Positions 1 through 10,984 of a DNA stretch of 64,000 nt are shown here, piece by piece (position 1 is the stretch's first letter; each line of letters begins with the position of its first letter). Below the pieces are notes generated by a model. It searched no databases. It had not been told where the DNA came from and saw only the letters and a list, made by a program, of their open reading frames with translations. This stretch comes from a virus (taxonomy: Duplodnaviria; Caudoviricetes). The translations under genes were made by a program, and so were the position numbers. Where the stretch lies: positions 1-64,000 of the IMG/VR virus record IMGVR_UViG_2561511114_000002, one strand, 5' to 3'.

Positions 1-1002
1 TCAACCCGACAGCAACCCCGCCAGCACGCGATGGGTGCGATTCGATCGCACCGCTGCCCGCTGCTGACCAGCCGTCACCTCGATGTACGCCTGGGATGAC
101 GCCAGCGACACGTGCCCCAGCAACCGCATGATCTCCGCCGCACTCGCGCCATCCTCAGCCAGTCGCGTCGCGAACGTGTGCCGCAACGCGTGCAGCCGTG
201 CCCCCGGCGGCACCCGGTCGCCGATACCAGCCCGCCGAAAACAGGAGTCCACCAGATACTGCAACCCACCCCGACGCAGCGGCTCACCACGCCGATCCAT
301 CAGCAGCGATGCATCGGGACGCACACAGCGGGAACCGAACCGACGACGACAACTGTCCAGATAGTCCGCCAACACCTGGTCCAACTCCGGCTCGACAGGC
401 ACCACCCGTGGTCGCCCACCCTTGCCGGCGACGTCGATCCGTCGCTCACCGGCCCGGCCGGCCAGTGACGCCACCCGAAGTGCCAACAACTCAGCCAGCC
501 GTAGTCCCGCGCACAACGCTAATGCCAACACCGCCAGGTCCCGTTGCGGCCAGGGATCGCGCTGCCGGCCATCGGCACGGGCCATGGCCGTCAGGAGCTG
601 CTCGGGGGTGTCCGCCCCGCGTAGTGGCTTGGGCCGGGGCAGCGGTGCCCGCGGGCGCCCCACCGCGGGCATCGGGTTGCCGGCGACGACTCCGTCCGCG
701 ACCAGAAACACGAAGAAGCTGTTCCAGGTGGACCAGGCGCGGTGTACCGATGCGGCGGAGCGGGTAGCGGCGAAGTGGGCGAACGCCGACCGCAGCACGC
801 GGGGGCGGAGGGCCTCCAACGGCAGGGCGTCCAGGGGGAGGGGAGGGCTGGCCTCGTCAGCGGCGATGCTCGCCACCGTACGCAGGTCTCGCCGGTACGC
901 CTGCACTGTGTGCGGGGAGGGCTTGCGGGTGGCGCGATCGGTCAGGAACTCCTCGATCAACCGTACCACTGGTTCACCCGATCTGTCCTGCATAAGGAAC
1001 AT
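1..1002 (-). CDS. Xer-family tyrosine recombinase (XerC/XerD-like)
   Basis: SPHTVQAYRRDL N-terminal motif, GLRLAEL (R), GKGGRPR (K), LHALRHTFAT (HxxR), LLGH, AYI (Y). Start is ATG 1002 or 993 rather than 1074. Confidence 0.9.
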   Translation of the reverse strand: MFLMQDRSGEPVVRLIEEFLTDRATRKPSPHTVQAYRRDLRTVASIAADEASPPLPLDALPLEALRPRVLRSAFAHFAATRSAASVHRAWSTWNSFFVFLVADGVVAGNPMPAVGRPRAPLPRPKPLRGADTPEQLLTAMARADGRQRDPWPQRDLAVLALALCAGLRLAELLALRVASLAGRAGERRIDVAGKGGRPRVVPVEPELDQVLADYLDSCRRRFGSRCVRPDASLLMDRRGEPLRRGGLQYLVDSCFRRAGIGDRVPPGARLHALRHTFATRLAEDGASAAEIMRLLGHVSLASSQAYIEVTAGQQRAAVRSNRTHRVLAGLLSG

Positions 1003-1012
1003 TATGCATGAA
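985..1012. promoter_or_regulatory. dif-like site overlapping the recombinase start codon
   Basis: GTCCTGCATAA-GGAACA-TTATGCATGAA; perfect TGCATAA-N6-TTATGCA inverted repeat with dif geometry. Confidence 0.5.
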
Positions 1013-1324
1013 ACTCGTGTTTCGCGCGGTGAGTGTCGAGCAGTGCAGTGTGGGGGGGTGACCGAAATATCCACGCAGGTTCCGCGGCGCCAGAGTTCCC
1101 CGGGCCCACCTGAACGGTTGACTCAAGGGTCACCCCAAGGTTCTTCGCGGACGGGGTACTGGCTCGCACGCGACTCCGGGGAAAGGTTGCGCAGACGTAC
1201 TCGGTTGCGGTCCGGGGGCGAAACTCACCACCGGCGAGCCGTAGCCGGCTCCGCCCACGGTCGCCACGTGTTCGGAGTCGACGGGGGATCTAGCCGGCCA
1301 CCTGAAGCACGTCCTGTCGAGGTA

Positions 1325-1352
1325 ACTTGACATAATGTACATTATCGAATGT
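1325..1352 (-). other. dif site (chromosome dimer resolution)
   Basis: Minus strand ACATTCGATAA-TGTACA-TTATGTCAAGT: 11-6-11 layout, XerD arm of the actinobacterial type, intergenic and AT-rich. Confidence 0.85.
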
Positions 1353-1416
1353 TCGCCTGAGGAGCTGAGCCGCCGGCCACAACGGCAGCTCCTCGGCACG
1401 CCCACCAGCACCGCGG

Positions 1417-3810
<2,394 letters not shown>

Positions 3811-3882
3811 CGGGTCTCCGTCTGTTGGTGTGCCGACCGTGGTGGTCCACGGGTCGGCCGGGTGGATTGGGTCGTCGGTGGG

Positions 3883-4152
3883 TCAGAGGCCACCGCTGAC
3901 GCGAAGGATGGTGCCGGTGGTGTAGCTGGCGTCGGGTCCGAGTAGCCAGGTGATGGCGGCAGCGACTTCGTCGGGTTCGCCGGGACGCCCGAGTGGAATG
4001 CGGGAGGCGGTTTGCTCGGGCCGATCGGGTTGGCCGGACAGGGTGTGGATGTCGGTGCGGATGATGCCGGGGGCGACGGCGTTGACGCGGATGCCGCGGG
4101 GGGCGAGTTCCTTGGCCAGGCCGATGGTGAGGGCGTCGGTGCCGGCTTTAGC
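3883..4152 (-). pseudogene. 3' half of an SDR-family oxidoreductase interrupted by the prophage
   Basis: AKAGTDALTIGLAKELAPRGIRVNAVAPG...IPLGRPGEPDEVA...YTTGTILRVSGG. Rossmann motif and catalytic Tyr are missing. Confidence 0.88.
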
Positions 4153-4157
4153 GCTCG

Positions 4158-4185
4158 TTGACATGAGGGATAATTTGGCTACGGT
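4158..4185 (+). promoter_or_regulatory. Putative housekeeping-sigma promoter of the integrase (leaderless)
   Basis: TTGACA-N16-TACGGT, then 7 nt to ATG 4193; no RBS. Confidence 0.5.
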
Positions 4186-4192
4186 ACCAGTC

Positions 4193-5686
4193 ATGAGAGC
4201 TGATCTCTACGCGCGTAAGTCAAGGAAGGACCAAGGCCGCAGCGTTGATCGTCAGGAACGGCAGTGGCGGCGCGACTGCCGAGAGATCGGCGCCCAGCCG
4301 GGCCGGATCTTCGCCGACCCCGACCTGTCGGCCAGCCGGTACGCCCGCAAGTCTCGCCCGGACTACGCGCAGCTGCTGGAGCACATCAGTTCGAACCAAT
4401 GCGAGATGATCTCTCTTTGGGAGGTGACTCGCGGATCTCGGCAGGTCGGCGAGTGGGTACACTTCCTCGATCTGTGCCGCGATCGTGGCGTCCTCATCCG
4501 CATTTTCGACGACAGCGAGCAGACCACATACGACCCACGCCGACAGCGCGACCGAGAATACTTGATCAACGAAGGTATCAAAGCTGAGGCGGAGGTCGAA
4601 CGACTACGCAGCCGCGTCAGTGTGGGCATCGTGGACGCCGCCGAACAGGGACGGCCGCCAGGTCCGTTGCTGTACGGGTACACCCGCATCTACGGTCCGC
4701 CCACCGGGACCAGCGTGTCCGCGTCCGGCAACCGCCGACGGGAGATCACGCAGGTCGTTGACGAAAAAGAGGCGGCGATCGTGCGTCAGCTCGCACGGGA
4801 CACCCTGGCGGGACTCCCCCTGCAAACCCAGGCGAACAGGCTCAATGCCGCGGGGGTGCCCACCGGGTCCGGGCGTGGTGTGTGGACGGGTGAACGCATC
4901 AACCGTCTGCTGCGCAATCCCGGATACGAGGGGCACCGTGTCCACGGCGGGCGGGTGGTCGCTGAGGGTGTGTGGCCGGCGATCCTCGATTCTGAGACGG
5001 CTGCGCAGTTACGGGCGCTGCTGGAGGCCCCGGGCCGGCGTAACCACGCCGATTCCAGTTTGGCGCACCAACTGAGCGGGGCGGTGCTGTGCGGGGCGTG
5101 CAGGGGTGCCCTGCGGGTCAAGTGGATGCACGGACGAAACCGGTATCAGTGCAAGCATCGCGGCTGTTTCAAGGTGTCCGGTCCCCTACCGCAGATGGAT
5201 GAGGCTGTGAAACGTATGGTGGTCGCGCGGCTGAGGCAGCCTGATGCGGTGCCCGCGTTCACTCCTGGCGTTCCCAGTGTGCAACTCGCCGCTGCCCGGC
5301 AGGACTTGCGGCGGCTCATGGACAGGCAGGCCGAGCTGTATACGGAGGCTGCCAAGCCCGGCGGCCCGTCGATGGCGTTGGTGGCTGCGGTCGAGCGGGA
5401 ACTGGTGCCGCACATCGATGAGGCGCAGGCCCGTCTGCGTGCCTTGCAGACACCGCCGGCGTTGCGCGGCTACGACCCCATCGACCTTGCCGACCGGTGG
5501 GACGAGTACACGGTCGGTGAGCGGCGCGCAGTGATCATGGCGTTGGCGGAGGTCGTGTTGTCGCCGGTTGGTAGAGGCACCCGCTGGTCGTTGTGGCGTC
5601 TGGGCGAGTCGCGTTGGCACGGTGACGATCGCACGTGGGGTGATATCTGGCGCAATGCCGGCAACCTGGTCGGCGCAACGCTGTAG
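4193..5686 (+). CDS. Large serine recombinase (phage integrase)
   Basis: MRADLYARKS catalytic N-terminus, SAS..R..RP motif, recombinase domain (LLRNPGYEG), LSGAVLCGAC zinc ribbon, coiled coil. Confidence 0.95.
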   Translation: MRADLYARKSRKDQGRSVDRQERQWRRDCREIGAQPGRIFADPDLSASRYARKSRPDYAQLLEHISSNQCEMISLWEVTRGSRQVGEWVHFLDLCRDRGVLIRIFDDSEQTTYDPRRQRDREYLINEGIKAEAEVERLRSRVSVGIVDAAEQGRPPGPLLYGYTRIYGPPTGTSVSASGNRRREITQVVDEKEAAIVRQLARDTLAGLPLQTQANRLNAAGVPTGSGRGVWTGERINRLLRNPGYEGHRVHGGRVVAEGVWPAILDSETAAQLRALLEAPGRRNHADSSLAHQLSGAVLCGACRGALRVKWMHGRNRYQCKHRGCFKVSGPLPQMDEAVKRMVVARLRQPDAVPAFTPGVPSVQLAAARQDLRRLMDRQAELYTEAAKPGGPSMALVAAVERELVPHIDEAQARLRALQTPPALRGYDPIDLADRWDEYTVGERRAVIMALAEVVLSPVGRGTRWSLWRLGESRWHGDDRTWGDIWRNAGNLVGATL

Positions 5687-5701
5687 GCAATCTGTGGTTG
5701 C

Positions 5702-6130
5702 CTACGAGGCCGCCTGGGACGATTGGTCTGTTTCAGGCTGCTGCCGGTGTGCTTGGCTGCGCACGAACTCCAGGTAGTGGTAGGCGGAGTCGCGGAGATT
5801 GTCTGGTAGTTCGGGATCGCGGAGGATGTCCAAGGCGACGGCTTCGCGTGGGTCGACGGGCCCGGGCGGCTCGGGCAGGTGCTCGACGTCTTCGGGCGCG
5901 AGGTAGCCCAGGGCTAGGCCGGCGGCGACGGTGGACAGGCTCACGATTCGGCACACGGCTTGAAGTTCGGTGGGTACGGGGTTGCGGACGATGCCGCGTT
6001 CCCACCGGTTGATGGTGGAAAGGGATACGCCGGAGCGTTCGGCGACGTCTTCCTGCCGCAGCTTGGCTGCTTGCCGGTGGCTCCGTAGTAGCGCCCCGAA
6101 CCGTCTTCCGACTTCTTCTTCTTCCGCCAC
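5702..6130 (-). CDS. XRE-family HTH immunity repressor
   Basis: LRSHRQAAKLRQEDVAERSGVSLSTINRWERG; next to the integrase and divergent from the early operon. GTG start at 6130 is inferred. Confidence 0.85.
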   Translation of the reverse strand: MAEEEEVGRRFGALLRSHRQAAKLRQEDVAERSGVSLSTINRWERGIVRNPVPTELQAVCRIVSLSTVAAGLALGYLAPEDVEHLPEPPGPVDPREAVALDILRDPELPDNLRDSAYHYLEFVRSQAHRQQPETDQSSQAAS

Positions 6131-6188
6131 CCGATCACCATAAGTGCTGGTCAGGCTTGGACTGCCTGTCGTACATGCGGTACGCCAT

Positions 6189-6349
6189 ACGTTACTCATG
6201 ATGTCTTTGCCTAGTCCTCGCTCCCCTGTCTGCGGTTGTTGCCTCCCATCCTGCCGCCATGCATCGACAAAGACAACTGAACAACCTCTTGCACGTCACG
6301 TATGACGTGTGGCAATCTCGACGCATGCTGGACATCACACATGGCGTGT
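6189..6349. promoter_or_regulatory. Three related operator-like sites in the lysis/lysogeny switch
   Basis: Palindrome CACGTCA-CGTA-TGACGTG (6292-6309), with degenerate copies at 6189-6206 and 6332-6349. Confidence 0.6.
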
Positions 6350-6609
6350 CGAGTGGTGCCGGACACGGCGAAGTGGCCGTATCGGCGGTGCTCGTCCGTT
6401 GGAACATGGTCAAGCAGGAACTCGGCGTTACCCGCAACGAAGACGCCGCCACCGCCTGCGGCGTGCCGCTGCGCACCCTCGACCGCCTGTTCGAGCGACC
6501 TGACCACAGCCTGATTCGCAACGCGCTAGCGGTCACCGCCGCTACCGGCATCACCCTGGAAGAACTGATCGCCTGCCGACGCCACCCAGCGCTGAGCGAG
6601 GCGGTATGA
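6325..6609 (+). CDS. Cro-like HTH protein
   Basis: NEDAATACGVPLRTLDRLFE...TGITLEELI; first gene divergent from the repressor. Confidence 0.7.
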   Translation: MLDITHGVSSGAGHGEVAVSAVLVRWNMVKQELGVTRNEDAATACGVPLRTLDRLFERPDHSLIRNALAVTAATGITLEELIACRRHPALSEAV

Positions 6610-6776
6610 GCACCAAGCCAGTACCCGTCACCGACGAGCACTGGATGATCCAGGCCGCTGTTGACGCGGCCCCCGAGCTGTCGCCCGACACGATCGACAG
6701 GCTTCGGCGCGTTTTCGTCCCCGCCCAGCTGACCCGCCCGACACCGGTTACCCAGCCAAGCCGGCGGGCCGCATGA
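6606..6776 (+). CDS. Small hypothetical phage protein (56 aa)
   Basis: ATGA overlap with the cro stop; MSTKPVPVTDEHWMIQAAVDAAPELSPDTIDRLRRVF. Confidence 0.6.
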   Translation: MSTKPVPVTDEHWMIQAAVDAAPELSPDTIDRLRRVFVPAQLTRPTPVTQPSRRAA

Positions 6777-6918
6777 CCACCCCAATGCACTCCCCCGCCG
6801 GCACCACGCCCCAATCGCTCGCTGCCAGGCCTGCCGGCAGCGGTAAGTGAGCCCCCCGCCGATCTGGGGTCGGCGAAGGGCTCGACATCCGCACCACCAA
6901 CCACCACAAGGAGAAGAA

Positions 6919-7326
6919 GTGCAGATGCACACCGATCGTACCGACAACGCCGAGCAAACTACCGGGCCGGACTACTGGCAGGCCCTCGCCGCCGACCTGC
7001 GTGCGGCGGCTGACCGGATCGGCTCTCTCGCCGGGAAGCCGGCCCACGTCAGCTATGTCACCGTCGGCATCTGCGCCGGCCTGGAGCCGTCGGAGGCGCC
7101 GGACGGCATCACCACTGTTGATGCCATCGCCGCTGCGTTCGACACTGCGGCGAGTACCGGCCACCACAACAGATCTGCCCTGTGGGAGCACCGGGTGGAC
7201 GCGCAGGTGGGAGAGGTTGTGCTGTCCGCGTTCGCGGCCGTACCGCTGCCGGCGAGCGTTGAGGACGAGTTGCGGGCCGAGGTGGCGGCGCTGCGCGCCC
7301 AGCTCGCCGAGGGCGGTGCCCGGTGA
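6919..7326 (+). CDS. Hypothetical phage protein
   Basis: AAGGAG RBS; coiled-coil C-terminus; coupled to the next gene. Confidence 0.7.
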   Translation: MQMHTDRTDNAEQTTGPDYWQALAADLRAAADRIGSLAGKPAHVSYVTVGICAGLEPSEAPDGITTVDAIAAAFDTAASTGHHNRSALWEHRVDAQVGEVVLSAFAAVPLPASVEDELRAEVAALRAQLAEGGAR

Positions 7327-7553
7327 GCGCCCCGGCGTGCGACGCCTGCCCGCGCACCGCGCGGTGGCGGATCCATCCCGCCTGCTCGTGCCTCCTGCCG
7401 GCGGCAGGGGACAGGCAGTACGCCTGCACTGAGCACCTCGGGACGGTGACCGGGATGTGGGGTGAGCACCAGCGGCGGCACACCGGCCGCGGGGCGTTTG
7501 AGGCGGATCTGCTGGAGGACACCGCCGAAACCACCGTCGAGGACCCGCTGTGA
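7323..7553 (+). CDS. Cys-rich hypothetical protein; reading frame continues past TGA to 7706
   Basis: CDAC...CSC...YACTEH; paralog of 8716-8901. Confidence 0.65.
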   Translation: MSAPACDACPRTARWRIHPACSCLLPAAGDRQYACTEHLGTVTGMWGEHQRRHTGRGAFEADLLEDTAETTVEDPL

Positions 7554-7707
7554 GGGCATCTGCCCGGGGAGCCCCACGACGGCGAGGCGTGCGCCTACTG
7601 GCGGGGTGTCGCGGCCGGCGAGTACCCGCCGCCGGAGGTGCACCTGCCGCAGCACTGCCCCAGGCTGCTGCCGCTGACCGATCCGGCGCTGCGGGAGGTG
7701 GCCTGAC

Positions 7708-7938
7708 ATGACACGTCACGAGCAGACCCACTCCGGCCCCGGGCTATACCCAGGCTGCCTGACCGTGCCCGGCCGCACCCACGGCCCGGCGTGTCCGGCG
7801 GTGGAGGGTGCCCGGCACGCTGCCGCGCCGTATCCGCACGCGGACACCGTCCGCATCGTCGTCGGCCTGCTGGTCGGCGTGCCCCTCGGCGCCGCCATCT
7901 GCCTCCTGGCCGCCCTGCTGATCTGGAGCCTGACGTGA
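7708..7938 (+). CDS. Small membrane protein
   Basis: GGAGG RBS; hydrophobic C-terminus [24 protein letters not shown]. Confidence 0.65.
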   Translation: MTRHEQTHSGPGLYPGCLTVPGRTHGPACPAVEGARHAAAPYPHADTVRIVVGLLVGVPLGAAICLLAALLIWSLT

Positions 7939-8510
7939 AAGACCTGCTTGATGTTTTGACTGCCGACCGGGTCTTGCCTGCCGGCTGCGACCGGTGGGGT
8001 ATCCGCACCGTCCACCCTGATCTGCGCTCACGGTACGGCTACCGGTGGCCGTGGCCCGGGCAGTGGGCTGAGGCTCCGGGGCCGGTCACCGCCAACAACA
8101 CCGGCGAGTGCCCATTCACTGTGGGTGACGGGATCTGCCTGGCGCGGACCTGGGGGGCGATGGCCTCCGCCGGTGTGCCGGCGGTGACCCTGCTGCTGTG
8201 TGCCTGGTCGACCGCTGACCTGCTCTCCGGCGCCAGCGGGGACAAGTGGCGGCTGAGGCGGGCGTATGTCGTGGATGTTGTGGACGGCGCGCGTCTGGTC
8301 CGTGATTACGGCCGCGAAGCGGACCTGCAGGGCGCGAATCTGCGGGGCGCGAATCTGCCGGGCGCGGACCTGAGGGGCGCGAACCTGGACGGCGCGTACC
8401 TGCGGCGCGCGGACCTGGGGCTCGCGGACCTGCGGGGCGCGAACCTGCGGGGCGCGGACCTGAGGGGCGCGAACCTGGACGGCGCGGACCTGGAGGACGC
8501 GCGGCGATGA
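7935..8510 (+). CDS. Pentapeptide-repeat protein
   Basis: About 12 tandem A(D/N)Lxx repeats at the C-terminus; GTGA coupling at the start. Confidence 0.88.
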   Translation: MKDLLDVLTADRVLPAGCDRWGIRTVHPDLRSRYGYRWPWPGQWAEAPGPVTANNTGECPFTVGDGICLARTWGAMASAGVPAVTLLLCAWSTADLLSGASGDKWRLRRAYVVDVVDGARLVRDYGREADLQGANLRGANLPGADLRGANLDGAYLRRADLGLADLRGANLRGADLRGANLDGADLEDARR

Positions 8511-8719
8511 GCGATGACATGGTGCGGGAGTTGGCCGCCGCCCTCGACGCGGTGGTGCTGCGGCACCTCGCTTGGGACCTCGACCAGGCCACCGATGACC
8601 GGCTCGCCGACCGGGCCGCCGAGTACGCGGCACTGCCGCCAAGCCCGCTGGCGACGGGGCTGCGGCATCTGGCTGAGTGCGCGCAGGAGTCGCACCGGAT
8701 CGCCGGGGGTGCCCGGTGA
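8507..8719 (+). CDS. Hypothetical phage protein
   Basis: Translationally coupled on both sides; GGAGG RBS. Confidence 0.65.
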   Translation: MSDDMVRELAAALDAVVLRHLAWDLDQATDDRLADRAAEYAALPPSPLATGLRHLAECAQESHRIAGGAR

Positions 8720-8901
8720 GCGCCCCGGAATGCGACGCCTGTCCACGCACCGCGCGGTGGCGGATCCGTCCCGCCTGCTCGTGCGTCCTGCGCCCGGTCG
8801 ACGGCGAGCAGCGCCACTGGTATTACGCCTGCACTCCTCAGCACATCGCGACAGTGGCCCGGCTGTGGACCGAGGTAGAGCAGGTGGAGGTGCCGCGATG
8901 A
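8716..8901 (+). CDS. Cys-rich hypothetical protein (paralog of 7323-7553)
   Basis: [23 protein letters not shown]. Confidence 0.65.
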   Translation: MSAPECDACPRTARWRIRPACSCVLRPVDGEQRHWYYACTPQHIATVARLWTEVEQVEVPR

Positions 8902-9656
8902 GCGCCCCGTCCTGGTCGCCCTCGGCCGCCACCGATCCGATCACCGTCCCTGACCTGGGGTGTGGGCATCTGCCCGGGGAGCCCCACGACGCGGCGTGCG
9001 CCTACTGGCGCGGGGTCTCGGACGGGACCTACGCGCCGCCGCCGGAGATGCCGGTGACGTTGCCGCGGTACAGCATGACCGCCCCGCAAGCAGTGAAGTG
9101 CCCGAAGTGCAACGCCGGGTTCGGCGTTGGCTGCCAGTCCACCGGCGGCGGCAACGGCGGCCCCGTCTGGCTGCATAAGGTCCGCAGGGCCCGCGTCGCC
9201 CACTGGACTGACGAGCAGCGGCGGAAGTTCGCCGCGCAGGTGGTGCTATACCGCCATGCGGAGACTCGACCCGCCCCTGAGGTGGTCGACCAGATTGCCG
9301 CTGAAGCTGAGGCCGCCGCCACGCCGCTGCCCACCCCGAAGCCCATGCGGACCAACCCGCGCGCTGTTCGGCTGTCGGAAAACCAGGCTGAGGAGATCGA
9401 GCGGTTCGCCTGCTGCGGCGGTAAAGCCGTCGTGTCCACCGCCCACTTTCACGGTGACCACCAGCACCGGCAGACCATCAACGCCCTCCGCGACAGAGGC
9501 GTCTTGACCGAGGGCGGGCTGATCAATCACGGCTACGACCGGGAGTACACGCTGACCGCTTTCGGCTGGCAGGTATACCTGAACCATCGGCTGATCATCC
9601 GTCGGGCTGAGGGTGACCGGTGGGCTGCGTCGCTGGCTGGGGACGGTGCGGCGTGA
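8898..9656 (+). CDS. Zinc-finger-containing hypothetical protein
   Basis: CGH..H..C and AVKCPKCNAGFGVGC...H motifs; possible winged helix at the C-terminus. Confidence 0.7.
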   Translation: MSAPSWSPSAATDPITVPDLGCGHLPGEPHDAACAYWRGVSDGTYAPPPEMPVTLPRYSMTAPQAVKCPKCNAGFGVGCQSTGGGNGGPVWLHKVRRARVAHWTDEQRRKFAAQVVLYRHAETRPAPEVVDQIAAEAEAAATPLPTPKPMRTNPRAVRLSENQAEEIERFACCGGKAVVSTAHFHGDHQHRQTINALRDRGVLTEGGLINHGYDREYTLTAFGWQVYLNHRLIIRRAEGDRWAASLAGDGAA

Positions 9657-9910
9657 ACGACATCGAGATCCTGCGTGAGGCCGCCACCCGTCTGCGCAAC
9701 ACTGCGGTCTCCGGCAACCCGAACCCACACGCTCGCCCCGAGTTGAATGCGGCGTTGGCGGACTGGCTGGACGCGGAAGCCTCCCACCTGGAGAACCACG
9801 ACCGGCTTGTGAGAGCTGCCACCAACTCCGGTCGGTGGCGTGTGCGCCTGTCCGCATCGACGCTGCCGCAGGCGGTTGCGACGGCCCGCGCTGTGCTCGG
9901 CGGTGTCTGA
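9653..9910 (+). CDS. Hypothetical phage protein
   Basis: Coupled GTG start; LREAATRLR...ALADWL. Confidence 0.65.
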   Translation: MNDIEILREAATRLRNTAVSGNPNPHARPELNAALADWLDAEASHLENHDRLVRAATNSGRWRVRLSASTLPQAVATARAVLGGV

Positions 9911-9971
9911 TGGGCGACCTGCTGTGCTGCCTGCTGCATGACCTGACCGTCTGCGGCCCGCCGTATGGGGG

Positions 9972-10166
9972 ATGTCGGTGACCACATCAACCCTGCCGAT
10001 GCCGCAGCCCACCCAGGCGGAGATTTTCCCGTCGCCGATGCGGCCACCTACCTACCGGCCGCCGTGTCCCACCTGCGGTGACGGGCTGCCGGGGCTGCTG
10101 GCCCTGTGCTGGAAGCCGCTGTGCCGGACCGCATTCCTTGACGACGACGCGAGGTACGACCAGTGA
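9972..10166 (+). CDS. Small Cys-containing hypothetical protein
   Basis: CPTC...CWKPLC; stop overlaps the next start. Confidence 0.5.
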   Translation: MSVTTSTLPMPQPTQAEIFPSPMRPPTYRPPCPTCGDGLPGLLALCWKPLCRTAFLDDDARYDQ

Positions 10167-10984
10167 ACATCACCGCGCCCGGCGTCTACGACATCGCTGA
10201 AGAGAAATACCACGCCCACCCGGCCCTCTCATCCACCGGCGCCCGAAAGCTGCTTCCCCCGTCTTGTCCCGCCATCTACCGACATGAGCAAGACAACGCC
10301 CAGCCGCACAAGCGCGAATTCGACTTTGGCCGCGCAGCCCACATGCTTGTGCTTGGTGCCGGCCCGCAACTCCACGTCGTCAATGCCCCCAACTACCAAA
10401 CCAAAGACGCCCGTCAGGAACGCGACGAGGCCTACGCACGTGGTGAGGTGCCGCTGCTCCCAGAAGAGTTCGACACCGCTCAGGCCATGGCCGCCGCACT
10501 GCGCCGCCACCCACGCGCCGCCGAACTGTTCACTGCTGACGGCATTGCCGAACAGTCGCTGTTCTGGATCGACACCGACACGGGCGTGGAGTGCCGGGTA
10601 CGCCTGGACTACCTGACCGACCGGATCGTCGATTACAAGACCACCACCTGCGCCGACCCCGGGCACATCGCCAAGACGGTGGCCAACTTCGGCTACCACC
10701 AGCAGGCCGACTGGTATCTGACCGGCGCGATCGAACTAGACCTGATCGCCCCCGACGCCGAGTTCCTGTTCGTATTCCAGTCGAAGACCCCGCCGTACCT
10801 CGTGAAGGTCGTCGAGTTGGACGACACCGCGCTAAAGATCGGCGCCGAACGCAACCAGCGCGCACGGGAAACCTTTCGCGACTGCACCGAGTCGGGCATC
10901 TGGCCTGGCTACGGCGACAACATCGAAGTCATCTCGCTGCCCATGTATTTGCAGCGCCGCCACAACGAATGGGTTCTGTCGTGA
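10163..10984 (+). CDS. RecE/exonuclease VIII-like PD-(D/E)XK nuclease
   Basis: YHAHPALSST, FGRAAH, EQSLFW, CRVRLD, IVDYKT, YHQQADWY. Confidence 0.9.
   Translation: MNITAPGVYDIAEEKYHAHPALSSTGARKLLPPSCPAIYRHEQDNAQPHKREFDFGRAAHMLVLGAGPQLHVVNAPNYQTKDARQERDEAYARGEVPLLPEEFDTAQAMAAALRRHPRAAELFTADGIAEQSLFWIDTDTGVECRVRLDYLTDRIVDYKTTTCADPGHIAKTVANFGYHQQADWYLTGAIELDLIAPDAEFLFVFQSKTPPYLVKVVELDDTALKIGAERNQRARETFRDCTESGIWPGYGDNIEVISLPMYLQRRHNEWVLS

Noticed and set aside
3950-4192. N-terminal extension of the integrase given by the ORF track
   Set aside because: It is the antisense of the SDR fragment; the serine recombinase motif begins at ATG 4193.
8318-8500. 15-bp-period DNA repeats as a regulatory array
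   Set aside because: Fully explained by the pentapeptide-repeat protein.
7315-9020. Near-identical repeats as a diversity-generating retroelement TR/VR pair
   Set aside because: No reverse transcriptase in the window, and the differences are not adenine-specific.
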